Positions 1 to 12,500 of a stretch of 64,000 nt of DNA are shown here, piece by piece; position 1 is the first letter of the stretch; each line of letters starts with the position of its first letter. The notes under the pieces were generated by a model. The model worked only from the letters and a program-made list of their open reading frames with translations. It searched no databases and was not told the DNA's origin. The DNA is from Macrostomum hystrix (lineage: Eukaryota > Animalia > Platyhelminthes). The position numbers were made by a program, and so were the translations under genes. Location: contig CATNEN010000034.1 in NCBI GenBank assembly GCA_950097015.1, positions 5,394,001 through 5,458,000 of the forward strand. Reading direction: 5' to 3'.

Positions 1-840
1 AGGATATGAAATTCGGAGGATATGAAATTCGGAGGATATGAAATTCGGAGGATATGAAATTCGGATGATATGAAATACGGAGGATATGAAATTCGGAGGA
101 TATGAAATACGGAGGATATGAAATTCGGAGGATATGAAATTCGGATGATTTGAAATTCAGAAGATATAAAATACGGAGGATATGAAATTCGGAGGATATG
201 AAATTCGGAGGATATGAAATTCAGAGGATATAAAATTACGAGGATATGAAATTCGGAGGATATGAAATTCGGAGGATATGAAAGACGGAAGATATGAAAT
301 TCGGAGGATTTGAAATTCGGAGGATATGAAATTCGGAGGATATGAAATACGGAGGATTTGAAATTCGGAGGATATGAAATTCGGAGGATTTGAAATTCGG
401 AGGATATGAAATTCGGAGGATATGAAATACGGAGGATTTGAAATTCGGAGGATATGAAATTCGGAGGATATGAAATTCGGAGGATATGAAATTCGGATGA
501 TATGAAATACGGAGGATATGAAATTCGGAGGATATGAAATACGGAGGATATGAAATTCGGAGGATATGAAATTCGGATGATTTGAAATTCAGAAGATATA
601 AAATACGGAGGATATGAAATTCGGAGGATATGAAATGCAGAGGATATGAAATTCGGAGGATATGAAATTCGGAGGATTTCAAATTCAGAGGATATAAAAT
701 TAGGAGGATATGAAATGCGGAGGATATGAAATTCGGAGGATATGAAATTCACAGGATATAAAATTAGGAGGATATGAAATGCGGAGGATATGAAATTCGG
801 AGGATTTCAAATTCAGAGGATATAAAACTCAGGGGATATT
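1..840. repeat. 16-bp minisatellite (GGAGGATATGAAATTC)n, runs off the left edge
   Basis: About 50 near-identical units read directly; explains artefactual ORF 236-682. Confidence 0.95.
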
Positions 841-873
841 AATTCGTTGGAAACGTGAATGTGCAGCACTTAC

Positions 874-3800
874 CCACACTATAGGTGAGAATTCCCTGGT
901 TAATCAGGCTGCAGGTGTAAGTTCCCAGCTGCAGGTAAGTCACGATGCAATAGCCAGTCAAAGTGTCGGCCGTGTTAAAGAACGCATCGTCATCGTACAC
1001 TGCCAAATTAACCTGCTGTCCAGGATAGTACATGGACTCCAGGACTTCGTTCCATGTAGGATTGAGATGGTCTGAGGCAAAGTTTTATATAAAATTGAAA
1101 GTCAGTTGTCAAGGTGCGGTTGAATTATAATCGACATTCTAATAAACCGTTATCGAAAACTTTACTTAACTCTGATCGGATGTCTGCTCTACTCAACTCT
1201 AATCGATTGTCTACTCAACTCGAATTGATTGCCAACTCAACTCAAATACATTGATTTTATACTTCACAATAATCAAAAACCTACTCAACTCTGATCGATT
1301 GTCTACTCAACTCTAATCGATAACCTACTCAACTCTGATCGGTAACATAATCAACTCTGATCGGTAACCTACTCAACTCTGATCGCCAACCTATTCAACT
1401 CTGATCGATTGTCTACTCAACTCTAATCGATAACCTACTCAACTCTGATCGGTAACCTACTCAACTCTGATCGATAGCCTACTCATCTCTGATCGCCAAC
1501 CTATTCAACTCTGATCGATTGTCTACTCAACTCTGATCGGTAACCTACTCAACTCTGATCGATAACCTACTCAACTCTGATCGGTAACATAATCAACTCT
1601 GATCGGTAACCTACTCATCTCTGATCGACAACCAAGTTAGTTCTGATCGACAACCTACTCAACTCTGATCGATAGCCTACTCAACTCTGATCGACAACCT
1701 ACTCAACTCTGATCGACAACCTACTCATCTCTGATCGATAAACAAGTTAGCTCTGATCGACAACCAAGTTAGCTCTGATCGACAACCTACTCATCTCTGA
1801 TCGACAACCCAGTCAACTCTGATCGACAACCTACTCAACTCTGATCGACAACCTACTCAATTCACGAACCACTAAATTATATTTATTGAAACTTAAAAAA
1901 GCGTGTCGGTTCACTCACTCCAAATGGTGGACGTGTTTGCGCCGCAATTCTGATCGAACGTGGAGGCGACAACCAGTGGGTCAGACCGATCAAAATCGCC
2001 GTCACTGTCCATTAGGTTGCTGGCTGAATAAATGTTGATTCTGAAGGTGCCTGCGAGAAAGTATCAAGGGGCATCAATAACCCAAGATACTTAAAAAGTG
2101 CAACTTTCGATTAACTGGAATGACTTTTTGAGTGAGTTTTTAGTCATTGTGAATGTTGCAATCACCTCCAGCGGCTGATGAAACTGAGTACACCAGAGTC
2201 CCTTGGGTGCTGAGGGCGCACGAGTGACTGCCAACAGATAGTGTCTCTATGCAGTAGCCGAGTCGATCTCTTCGATAATAGGTGCCGTCGTCATCGAAAA
2301 CTTCAAATCGAACTGATCCACTGGGATAATTTACTGGCAGGACATAATTCCAGGTGGGATTTAGCGAGTCTGCGGAGTGAGTGTGCGCGGTAGACTGGGA
2401 ATTATCCCTTCAGAGGATTGCGAATATCCCTTCAAAAGATTTGGAATTATCCCTTCAGAGGATTGGGAATATTCACTTAAAAGGATTGGGAATTATCCCT
2501 TCAGAAGATTGCGAATAACCCCCTCAGAAGAGTAGAAATAATTTCTTCAGAAGATTAAGAAAAGCCCCTATAGAAGCTTGAAAATAATACCTTTAGAAGA
2601 TAGGGAATAATCCCTTTAGAGGATTGAGAATGATCGCAAAATAAGATTGGAATTCGTCCCTCCGGAAGATTTGAAATAATTTCTACAGGTAGAACAAGAA
2701 ATCCCATTGATAGAATAGAAATAATTCACATGTACGAGATTCGTAGAATGTATAAAGTACATTTAAGCGCAAATATCCCATAGCAAATCAGGCAATAAGC
2801 ATGCTCCTCACTATCAATCTTCGGCGTCTGGAGGATAAGCGGCTGGGTGCAAGCGAGAACCGGAGTGGCTCGCATAATGGGATCCGTAGCCTGATTCTCT
2901 CCGGAATCGAGATTGGGCAAACCGGATGCCGACACAGCTCTGATGGTGTAGTAGCTGAGGTAACTGTCTGAAAGCAAACAGGTTGGTGCAGTATGACTTG
3001 GACCACAAGATGCCGAGTTACTTGTGAAAGATGTAACTTTTAACTCGTAGCTAGTACCAAGGAGCGAGGCTTTATAAAATAGCTAGAGTAGGGAGCAGGT
3101 AAGATTAACTAGTAACTAGTAACTAGCAACTCGTAGGGAGTAGCAAGTAACTAGTAAGGAGTAGCAAGTAACTAGTAGGGAGTAGCAAGTAACTAGTAGG
3201 GAGTAGCAAGTAACTAGTAGGGAGTAGCAAGTAACTAGTAGGGAGTAGCTAGTAACTAGTAGGGAGTAGCAAGTAACTAGTAGGGAGTAGCTAGTAAGTA
3301 GTAGGGAGTAGCAAGTAACTAGTAGGGAGTAGCAAGTAACTAGTAGGGAGTAGCAAGTAACTAGTAGGGAGTAGCAAGTAACTAGTAGGGAGTAGCTAGT
3401 AAGTAGTAGGGAGTAGCAAGTAACTAGTAGGGAGTAGCAAGTAACTAGTAGGGAGTAGCAAGTAACTAGTAGGGAGTAGCAAGTAACGAGTAGCACTCAC
3501 TCTGCTGATAGAAGGTGATGAAGCCCTTGCTGTAGCTGGACCTGATCAGCTGGCACTGGCTGTAGCCGTTGAAGTAGACGCTGACCGTGCACTCTCCAAT
3601 CAGCTGATCGGAGCTGCCCGAGTCATAGTCGTAGGCGGTCAGCGTGAAGCTGCCACTGTCCCAGCTAGGGCTAGTCGGACAATTGTAGTTCCAGATGGCG
3701 ATTCTTGAACCGCACTTGCCTGAAATTGATCTTGCACTTTTAGCCTGCTGAAATTTTATTTAGATCCCGCCTTAGGATAAAAGTCTACCAGCGGCTGCAG

Positions 3801-4522
3801 CATAGTGGTACGAGTGTCCCACTTACGACTTTAAGGTCGTGAGTTTGATTCGGTGGACAGGTGCAGTAAATAATAATTATTCTTGTTTTTGATAGAGTTG
3901 ATTGAGTTGGAATTTCATTGAGTTGGGATTTCACTGAGTTGGGATTTCATTGTGTTGGGATTTCATTGAGTTGGGATTTCATTGAGTTGGGATTTCATTG
4001 AGTTGGGATTTCATTGAGTTGGGATTTCATTGAGTTGGGATTTCATTGAGTTGGGATTTCATTGAGTTGGGATTTCATTGAGTTGGGATTTCATTGAGTT
4101 GGGATATCATCGAGTTGGGATTTCATTGAGTTGGGATTTCATTGAGTTGGGATTTCATTGAGTTGGGATTTCATTGAGTTGGGATTTCATTGAGTTGGGA
4201 TTTCATTGAGTTGGGATTTCATCGAGTTGGGATTTCATTGAGTTGGGATTTCATTGAGTTGGAATTTCATTGTGTTGGGATTTCATTGAGTTGGGATTTC
4301 ATTGAGTTGGGATTTCATTGAGTTGGGATTTCACTCACTGGCTATGGTAGGAGTTCTGCACAGAACCTGGCCATCCTTCGTCACCGTGACATATGGATCA
4401 GACGATGTTCCATAATCTTGGCAGTCCAGCTGAACACCGTTCACAATAACCAAGGCAGCCTCAGAGGTGACAATTGACAGGTAGAACATAGCAAGAAGCG
4501 CTAGCTGATTGTTGGAAAACAT
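874..4522 (-). CDS. Secreted triple C2-domain protein, paralog A (3' end unresolved)
   Basis: Exons 4522-4339, 3719-3501, 2967-2812, 2369-2166, 2050-1919, 1071-874. All introns are GT-AG and phase 1, and the frame stays open. Signal peptide [23 protein letters not shown]2 motifs SSDPYV / YDYD..SDQLIG, LD..TDP / NPTWN / FDDD..DRLG, MDSD..SDPL / NPTWN / YDDD..DTLTG. Confidence 0.85.
1170..1860. repeat. ~22-bp minisatellite (ACTCAACTCTGATCGAYAACCT)n in intron 5 of gene A
   Basis: Tandem units with variants, read directly. Confidence 0.9.
2395..2720. repeat. Degenerate ~23-bp minisatellite (GGAATTATCCCTTCAGAGGATTG)n in intron 3 of gene A
   Basis: Tandem units decaying left to right. Confidence 0.8.
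3105..3495. repeat. 21-bp minisatellite (AGTAACTAGTAGGGAGTAGCA)n in intron 2 of gene A
   Basis: About 18 units abutting the splice donor at 3500; source of ORF 3116-3496. Confidence 0.95.
3793..3862 (+). mobile_element. Degenerate tRNA-like head of SINE family 2
   Basis: GCAGCATAGTGGTACGAGTGTCCCACTTACGACTTTAAGGTCGTGAGTTTGATTCGG resembles the head at 46222; no intact acceptor stem. Confidence 0.55.
3898..4335. repeat. 16-bp minisatellite (TTGAGTTGGGATTTCA)n in intron 1 of gene A
   Basis: About 27 units ending at the donor site at 4337-4338. Confidence 0.95.
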
Positions 4523-5139
4523 TCCTCAGATTCAGTGGCTAGGCTAATTCAATGCAGGAAAACTGTGACTCTAAAGTACTTGTAGATTTTTGACAAGCCT
4601 TCTTTAAGCAGGCGCCCTGTAGCTTTGAAGATGTCAATCATATGGACCTAATTAATATTCACAGTTTTGGGCTCTACTGTCTGTCCTGTTCAGTGCCGCT
4701 GATTGGCCAGGAATCTAATGAACTGTCTATGTTGTTTCTCATCTGGAATGCAACTCATCTAAATGAAAACATTTTCCTAGAAACATAGATTAGCTCTTAA
4801 AAATTCTGAATTGTTTTTTGTTTTGCCTTCACTAACAAAGACTATGAATTAATAAATTTTCTACAGTCAGTCCAATACGAGTATTTGTCACAGCCATTGC
4901 TTACCACTGCCTTTGTCAATAGTGAAATTATTTTTTTACCATTTCCGAGTCAAAGTAACAGGCCCTGAATAATTAGTTAAAGCTTCTAAAAGGAAATCGT
5001 GTTCTCTAAAAATAAACTATCGATTCATTAAAAGGTTCAACGTTTTTAATAATAGGGCCGATTTTAGAGATACCTTGTCGAATAGGAAAAGCTAATGAGT
5101 GGATTTGAGGAGACTGGCTCGTAGGGCGGATCTGAAATA

Positions 5140-6755
5140 TTTGGGGGCGGATTGATAGAAACTGGGGGCAGATTGATAGAAACTGGAAGGCAGATTGATA
5201 GAAACTGAGGGGCTGATTGTAGAAACTGGAGGGCAGATTGATAGAAACTGTGGGGCGGATTGATAAAAAATGGAGGGCAGATTGATAGAAACTAGTGGCG
5301 GATTGATAGAAACTGGGGGGCGGATTGATAGAAACTGGAGGGCAGATTGATAGAAACTAGTGGCGGATTGATAGAAACTGGAGGGCTGATTGATAGAAAC
5401 TGGAGGCGGATTGATTGAAACTGGAGGGCTGATTGATAGAAACTGGAGGCGGATTGATTGAAACTGGGGGGCGGATTGATAGAAACTGGAGGGCTGATTG
5501 ATAGAAACTGGAGGGCAGATTGTAGAAACTGGAGGGCGGATTGATAGAAACTGGAGGGCAGATTGATAGAAACTGGGGGGCAGATTGATAGAAACTGGAG
5601 GGCAGATTGATAGAAACTGGAGGGCAGATTGATAGAAACTAGTGGCGGATTGATAGAAACTGGGGGGCGGATTGATAGAAACTGGAGGGCAGATTGATAG
5701 AAACTAGTGGCGGATTGATAGAAACTGGAGGGCTGATTGATAGAAACTGGAGGCGGATTGATTGAAACTGGGGGGCGGATTGATAGAAACTGGAGGGCAG
5801 ATTGATAGAAACTAGTGGCGGATTGATAGAAACTGGAGAGCGGATTGATAGAAACTGGGAGGCAGATTGATAGAAACTGGAGGGCAGATTGATAGAAACT
5901 GGAGGGCAGATTGATAGAACCTGGGGGCAGATTGATAGAACCTGGGGGCAGATTGATAGAAACTGGAGGGCTGATTGATAGAAACTGAGGGCTGATTGAT
6001 AGAAACTGGAGGGCAAATTGATAGAAACTGGAGGCGGATTGATAGAAACTGGAGGGCGGATTGATAGAAACTGGAGGGCGGATTGATAGAAACTGGAGGG
6101 CAGATTGATAGAAACTGGGGGCAGATTGATAATAATAATAATAGTAGCAGAAGGGCTGCGGGCAATGGCACATAATTTAGTGACACTAGACCCGCATCTA
6201 GCGAGGAGGCAATTCTGCCCATTTCGCTGACCCCTGAGCCACACGCACACAGATATTCTACGCAGGCATACGCTCACACAGGTGTGTACATCTGCCCTGA
6301 CTTTCTCATCGTCAGGCAGTGTACATTTCACTGTGCCTTGGAGGTTGGCCCACAAGGGCGTAAATTGCACGACAAGCCCCCAAGCCTTCTCTCCGCGGCT
6401 GCGCCCCAAATGAAATGTGGCCTCGCCGTGGAATCGAACTTAGGGACCTTGGTGCGAGAGGCAAACGCGTTAGACTGCTCTGCCACCGACCCCCTGGGGG
6501 GCAGATTGATAGAAACTGGAGGGCAGATTGATAGAAACTAGTGGCGGATTGATAGAAACTGCAGGGCAGATTGATAGAAACTGGAGGGCAGATTGATAGA
6601 AACTGGAGGGCAGATTGATAGAACCTGGGGGCAGATTGATAGAAACTAGTGGCGGATTGATAGAAACTGCAGGGCAGATTGATAGAAACTGGAGGGCAGA
6701 TTGATAGAAACTGGAGGGAAGATTGATAGAACCTGGGGGCAGATTGATAGATCTG
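5140..6755. repeat. 21-22-bp minisatellite (GATTGATAGAAACTGGAGGGCA)n, interrupted by a SINE
   Basis: Dozens of units; source of ORFs 5292-6173, 5639-6409 and 5812-6222. Confidence 0.95.
6132..6493 (-). mobile_element. SINE family 1, full length (~360 bp), (ATT)n tail
   Basis: Minus-strand head GGGGTCGGTGGCAGAGCAGTCTAACGCG (A box) and GTTCGATTCC (B box); body shared with 8 or more other copies; flanked by ~17-bp direct repeat CTGGGG(G)GCAGATTGATA. Confidence 0.9.
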
Positions 6756-6758
6756 CTA

Positions 6759-7856
6759 TCAATCTGATGGGCGGATTCGGTAGAGACTGAGTGGCTTATG
6801 TCTCACTAGGTCTGCAGAAATAAAAGAAACAAAACACAGAAGCAAACTTGATGATACTTTCTGTCTGATCAGTAACGAAAAAGAGTTTATTTTGAAAGCG
6901 AAAAATGGAACTTTGCATTTTTTCCAATATATTTAGAGAACAGAAAACCAGCACATAACTCCTGCATGTAATAAAGATAAATTTCTACTTACCAGCTACT
7001 ATACCGTCAAGATCACCAACTGCTTCAGGGAGGTGGAAGCTGAATATCTGTTAGACAAGACTCACTGATGAGCTGATAATCGAGGTAGCCTTTTATTCTG
7101 TCAGATCTAATCAGATCGCATCGGTTGGTGCCTTCCACGTAGGCGCTGACTGTGCACTGGCCTACCAGATCATCACTAGTACTGGAGTCATCGTCATATG
7201 CAGCCAGAGTGAATGTGCCCGAGTTCCACGTAGGACTGTTTGAGCAAGCGTAATTCCAAACTGCTTCAATCGACCCGCATTTGTCTGTGGGGTGGTTGGG
7301 AGTGGCAGAGCGTTTGCCTCGTTCGCCAACGACCCTGAGATAGCAATTTTCGCCATTGAGGGCCAACCTCCAAGACACAGTGAGAGTATACACTGCCTGA
7401 CGATGAGATAGTCAGGACAGATGTACACACCTGTGTGCGTGTGTGCTCAGATGTCAGCGGAATGGGCAGAATCGCCTTCTCGCTGGCTGCCAGTCTAGTG
7501 TCACCAAATGTCACCAAACTGTCAGAGGTAGTGTCTGTGAGTAATTGATCACTAAAAGTACTCGGCCAATAGTTCTTGATAAGTATACTATAGAATGCCT
7601 ACATCAAATGTGTTTTATTGTTTGACTTTATCGATTTCCGAGTGATTGCTATTAAACTATGAAACTTACTATCTAAACTTGGCGTTGAGCACAGCTGCTG
7701 ACCATCCTTGAGCACCTTGACGTACGGATCTATCCTGGAGTTTGAGTCCAGAGTACAATCCAATTGTGTGCCCTTGACAATGATCAGAGTGTCGGCTCGC
7801 ACAGTATGGACAGCTGCTGTCAACGCAGTTAAGAGAAATATTTCAAGGACAGGCAT
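6759..7856 (-). CDS. Secreted single C2-domain protein, paralog B (152 aa, truncated relative to paralogs)
   Basis: Exons 7856-7670, 7284-7066, 6811-6759 (459 nt, open frame). Signal peptide MPVLEIFLLTALTAAVHTVRA; LDSNSRIDPYV and YDDDSSTSDDLVGQC; stop after NLVRHKPLSLYRIRPSD. Confidence 0.8.
7289..7520 (+). mobile_element. SINE family 1, internally deleted, in intron 1 of gene B
   Basis: GAGTGGCAGAGCG head, then GAGGGCCAACCTCCAAG, CAGATGTACACACCTGTGTG and GTCACCAAATG body motifs. Confidence 0.85.
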
Positions 7857-8599
7857 TACTTCGACTGCTGTTTTGCTCTATGCTGTATAATGGGACTTTG
7901 GTTGTAAAAGTTGATGAGGCAAACATTGGATCGAAAGCATTTGATAGTCTTACTTTTATGCAAACCCCATCAGTTCCCTGGCTGAAAATATAGGCAGCGG
8001 GGTTACTAAGGCCAACAAATGAGGCCTTAGTAACTTCGGGGTAGAAGAGCCTTAACAGCCCATTCGCAACCGACCGGTGCAGCAAACGAACTGCAACTGC
8101 CCAATTACCTAGTTGCAATTACCTAGTTTGCAGTTATAGACTCAGCCAATATGACAGAAAACTTCTAGAATGACAAAGAATTTTTTTAAGTCTTCAAGAG
8201 CATCTTTCATTGGAAAAGTTTATACGTTTCCCCCATCGTTTGTTGATGCAGATTCCGCTTTTTTCCCATTTCATGAATTTTCCATTCAATTTGGTATTCA
8301 TAGACTGCTTCGGCAGAAAACGCTGGGTCCAGCAGGAGAGACATTCAGGCCCTTTAACTGAAGCAGAAGTTGAGACAGCCGCTCTCCGACTCTTTCAGGG
8401 ATGTAGGCGCATGATTACCTGAGTTACTATTCATAGAAGCACTGAAGGCGGCAACAATGTTCCAACTACAATACCTGTTGCCTGCAGTAGCCTAGTTAAA
8501 TAGAACAATACATGCTCCTGTAGATCGGTGGATAGAGCTTTGGACTTCTGAGTGAGAGGTAGATAATCTGTAAAAAATCTGTACCTGCGTAAGCTGGCT

Positions 8600-8680
8600 T
8601 TGACAGTTTGGTGAGTGTGGCTGCCCCCGCCACCAGTCCATGGACTGAGCAACTGTACACAGCCTTTGGAAGCGACGCTC
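8600..8680 (+). mobile_element. SINE family 2 fragment
   Basis: GTGTGGC...CCAGTCCATGGACTGAGCAACTGTACACAGCCTT matches 46390-46440. Confidence 0.65.
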
Positions 8681-9521
8681 CTAAAAGAGTGCATTTAGAA
8701 AACGAAATGGGTTATTAAATCTAAAATCTAAAAATGAGAGGCATTGTCAACAAACCTACTCTTCGGCAGGTGTATCTCTGTGATCTGCAAATTAGCCATT
8801 AGCATCCACTGACTCGATGTACAGAGATTCCAAAAAAAATCCCCACCAGGTAGTGTGGTCACTGAAATACGTATCGACCCCATTTGATAGCCAACGGATC
8901 TGGTGCCTCTCCAAACTGCTTCAGAAATCACCACTCAAGATTACTGTCCAGCACAAAATCGAATGACTGTCTTTCCTACCCAAGACGTAGCGATCCGGTT
9001 TTTAGTTGTCAAGATACGTTCAAGAGTTATCGGGAGGTCAGGCCTGTACCCGGCTTTTCGTCGACTGCCTGCTAGCCAAAACTCTCTGTCCTGCTGAAAG
9101 TATTAACCACGATGGGCAAACAGAATGTCCGATTTTCGTGAAAGTCCACCGTTCATGTGGACTAACATTTTCCGCCCTTTACGGTGAACTAACTTTCAAA
9201 CCCGTCCGACGTCAGCATCGTCGATATACGAGATATTCAGCGGTTTTTGTCGAAGACACTGGTGGCTTGGTTGGATATTTTAGGAGATACAGAACAAATG
9301 CCCCCATGGTCTTTGTACTTTTAGCAAAAATGTCTGCAATCACAAGTTTTTTGTCTCTTGACGCAGCAGCGCCTTCAGAACCAGAACCCAAGGCATGCAT
9401 TAAAGTTTTGAGCTTAAGCGCGAAATGGTTTTAAGCGTTTAATGAATTCAGCGAAAATAATAACTCAGGAAAACATTATGCTAAAATCTGGCCTTTGAGC
9501 ACTTCATTGTCGGTAGTTTAT

Positions 9522-12500
9522 TTAAGAAGCCCACAGCAGAGAATGCAGTATAGTCGAATTTGACCGCAATGTCATCGTTTTTAGCATTTTCTTTATATAG
9601 CACCTACAGATAATTGCGCACTTAAATGAAGTTTGCATAAATACTTGTAATTTACGCATTGACTTACCAAAGAAAAAAACTAACCTTTGTTTGAATACTT
9701 GTGCTGCAATGTTGATAACTGTAAGGATATTATCGTCAATTGTATTGAGGGCCACTCACCCACTGTGTAGGTGAGGTTTCCCTGTCCCACCAGGCTGCAG
9801 GTGAATGTGCCCAGCTGCAGTCGCGGCAGCAGGCAGTAGCCAATCAGTGCGTCTGTTGTGTTGTATTGAATGTCATCGTCGTAGACGGAGAGATTCACCG
9901 GCTGGCCTGGGTAGAACTGAGAATCCAACGCTTCACTCCACACTGGATTCTGCTCGTCTGCATGGTAAGTTTGAGTATGGCTTCACTATACCGCACAGAG
10001 GCAAGTGCTCATAGAGAAGAGGCTTGGTAACTCGAACTAGAAATTTCTAAAAGAACCCCGTGCGTATTTTTTATTGCTCACACATGTCTAGAAACTCCAA
10101 GGGACCAAACATACCAAAGACAATTGAGTGAAAGGCTTTTGTCTATGGTCGACACATGCTTGAGAGGAACAGCAATTGAGTGAAAGGCTTTTGTCTATGG
10201 TCGACACATGCTTGAGAGGAACAACGGTTGAGTGAAAGGCTTTTGTCTATGGTCGACACATGCTTGAGAGGAACAGCAATTGAGTGAAAGGCTTTTGTCT
10301 ATGGTCGACAGATGCTTGAGAGGAACAACGGTTGAGTGAAAGGCTAAGATCCTATATTAATGACCGCTATGACAGTGTAATAATATCCGATTAAATGTAC
10401 CCGTTTGCTGCTTATTATAATTTTCAACTCTAAGATTAGTACTAGTCGAATAACTAACATAATTGGCTTTTTGCGTTTAGAAGATACCAGAGCATAATCA
10501 ACTCACTCAGTATGAAGCTTGAATTCCCGCCACAATTCCGGTCATAAGCGGCGGCCTGCACCAGCGGATTCGGAGGATAATCTCCAATGTAGGCCAGGCC
10601 GACCGCTGATTTTACTGTGATTCTGAAAGTGCCTGAACGCCAAAATATAATATATTCGATTCAATTTTATTTCCTCTTCAGTTGTTTCTAGTGCTGTGTC
10701 GACATGTTAGCATCACGCTCAAAATATTCAACATTAATGAAAGGTTACGGAAAGGTAATCTTTATCTTAGGCTAGGCTATTTAGACTGTGAATTATGCGA
10801 AGGATCAGTATAAATTTGTCTACTTGTGATTTCTACATGTACTTTATAAAGTCACTATTGGCTTGGTGTGGATCCGTTCGTATCAAGAAAATAAATTATT
10901 GAGTCGCATGTTAACAATCCAGGTAGAAAAAGATTTTTATTTCTACCCTTAGTAATATTTCAAACCGACTTACCGACAAACATATCGGCAGTGACTGAGT
11001 AGATCAAGGTTCCCCATACGCTCAGGGCGCACTGCTGATTAGTACCAGCAACCAGGTAGCTCACACAGTAGCCCAGCCTGAGTCTATTGAACGGGTTTCC
11101 ATAGCGGTGCAATATTTCGAATCTAACATAGCCAGCAGGATAAGCAACTGGCAGATTATAGTTCCAGTTCGGATTGTTTGTGCCTGGAAGAATTGGCACC
11201 GAGCTTGTATTCTTGCAAATTCTAAGATAATGATATTTCTCAAACATGAGGCACGCTGCCACTACTTTAAGTAGCGTCGCGAGGAAAAAGGAATTCTTCA
11301 CCTGTGGCAATCGGCGTCTCCTGAATCAGAGGCTCCGAGCAAGAAGGCACTGGTGCGGCCTGGACGTACGGATCCGAGGTCGTGGGACTCAGTCCCGGAT
11401 CGAGGTTCGGCAAGCCAGCCGCTGAGACAACCGTGATGATGTAGTGATTCAGAGAGCTGTCTGTTAAAGGGAGCGTTAGACTATTTCTATCTGCTATTTT
11501 CTCTTACCTTTAAAATAACACATTCGTACGAGCGTAGATATAGAAAAGTAGAAAAATGTGCGTTTTTGATCGAAATTGGGTGTCAATTTAAGGCTCTAGA
11601 ATGGAATAGTCAATCCTTGAACCAAACCAACTAAAGTCAGTAGCTGGTCGATCCACGTCGACTAGACTAGAAACGTCGAGGCATCTCACCCCATTCCTTC
11701 TCATGGTTGCCAGGGGGATAAATGGGATAAAATGGGAATTTCATGTCAACTTAAGGCTCTAGAATGGCGCCCGAGGTCAATCCTCGAACCAAACCGACTG
11801 AAATCTGTAGTAGCTGGTCGATACTATGAGAATGGACTGGGGCAGAGGTGTCTCGGCGTTTCTATTCGACTGGATCGACCAGCTACTGACTTCAGTTGCT
11901 TTGGTTCGAGGAGTTGACATCCCAATTGGTGCCCGGCCTTCAAAAACTCTCGAAGAAGTGTCTACGTTTCGCGTTGACAATCAGGGACCAAAACCAACTC
12001 ACTCTGCATATAGTAGGTGATGTAGCCCCTACCGCTGCTGATGCCAGCCTTCAGCAGCTGGCATTGGCCGTACCCGTTCTGGTAGCTGCTCACGGTACAT
12101 TCGCCAATGAGCTGGTCGGCATTGTTGGTGTTCCAATCGTACGCTGAAAGAGTAAAATTGCCTGACTCCCAGCCAGGGCTGTTGGGACAGTAGTAATTCC
12201 AAATAGCTGGCTGAACGCTGCACTTGCCTGCAAAGAGTGCCAAAACCGATTGCCCTTTACTGATCTCATTTCTGCTTAGTAATAAACAGTATTAAAAAGC
12301 CATGAGTCCTAGCAGGCAGGTTTGACTAACCGCGGATGAAAGGCGTTGTACACAGGACTTGGCCAGCCTGAGTCAAGTTCACATAGGGCTCGGATGAAGA
12401 GCCGCTGCTCGAGTCTAGGCAGGTCAGTTGAATTCCGTTGATAATTGCTAGGGCGCTGTGATTCGCAGCTTCTGAGATGGCAGAGAGGTGCGCCAAGGTG

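Noticed and set aside
236-6409. Repeat-derived ORFs (236-682, 3116-3496, 5292-6173, 5639-6409, 5812-6222)
   Set aside because: Translations of minisatellites and an antisense SINE.
8330-8420. Alternative last exon for gene C (GNHAPTSLKESESGCLNFCFS)
   Set aside because: The nearer micro-exon model (9718-9685, 9603-9522) fits the intron size and phase pattern of paralogs D and E better.
8700-9450. Possible degenerate retroelement or transposase (minus-strand YIDD and DNASHF words)
   Set aside because: Isolated short words in different frames with many stops, and no TIRs or further motifs; a tblastx or HMM search would be needed.
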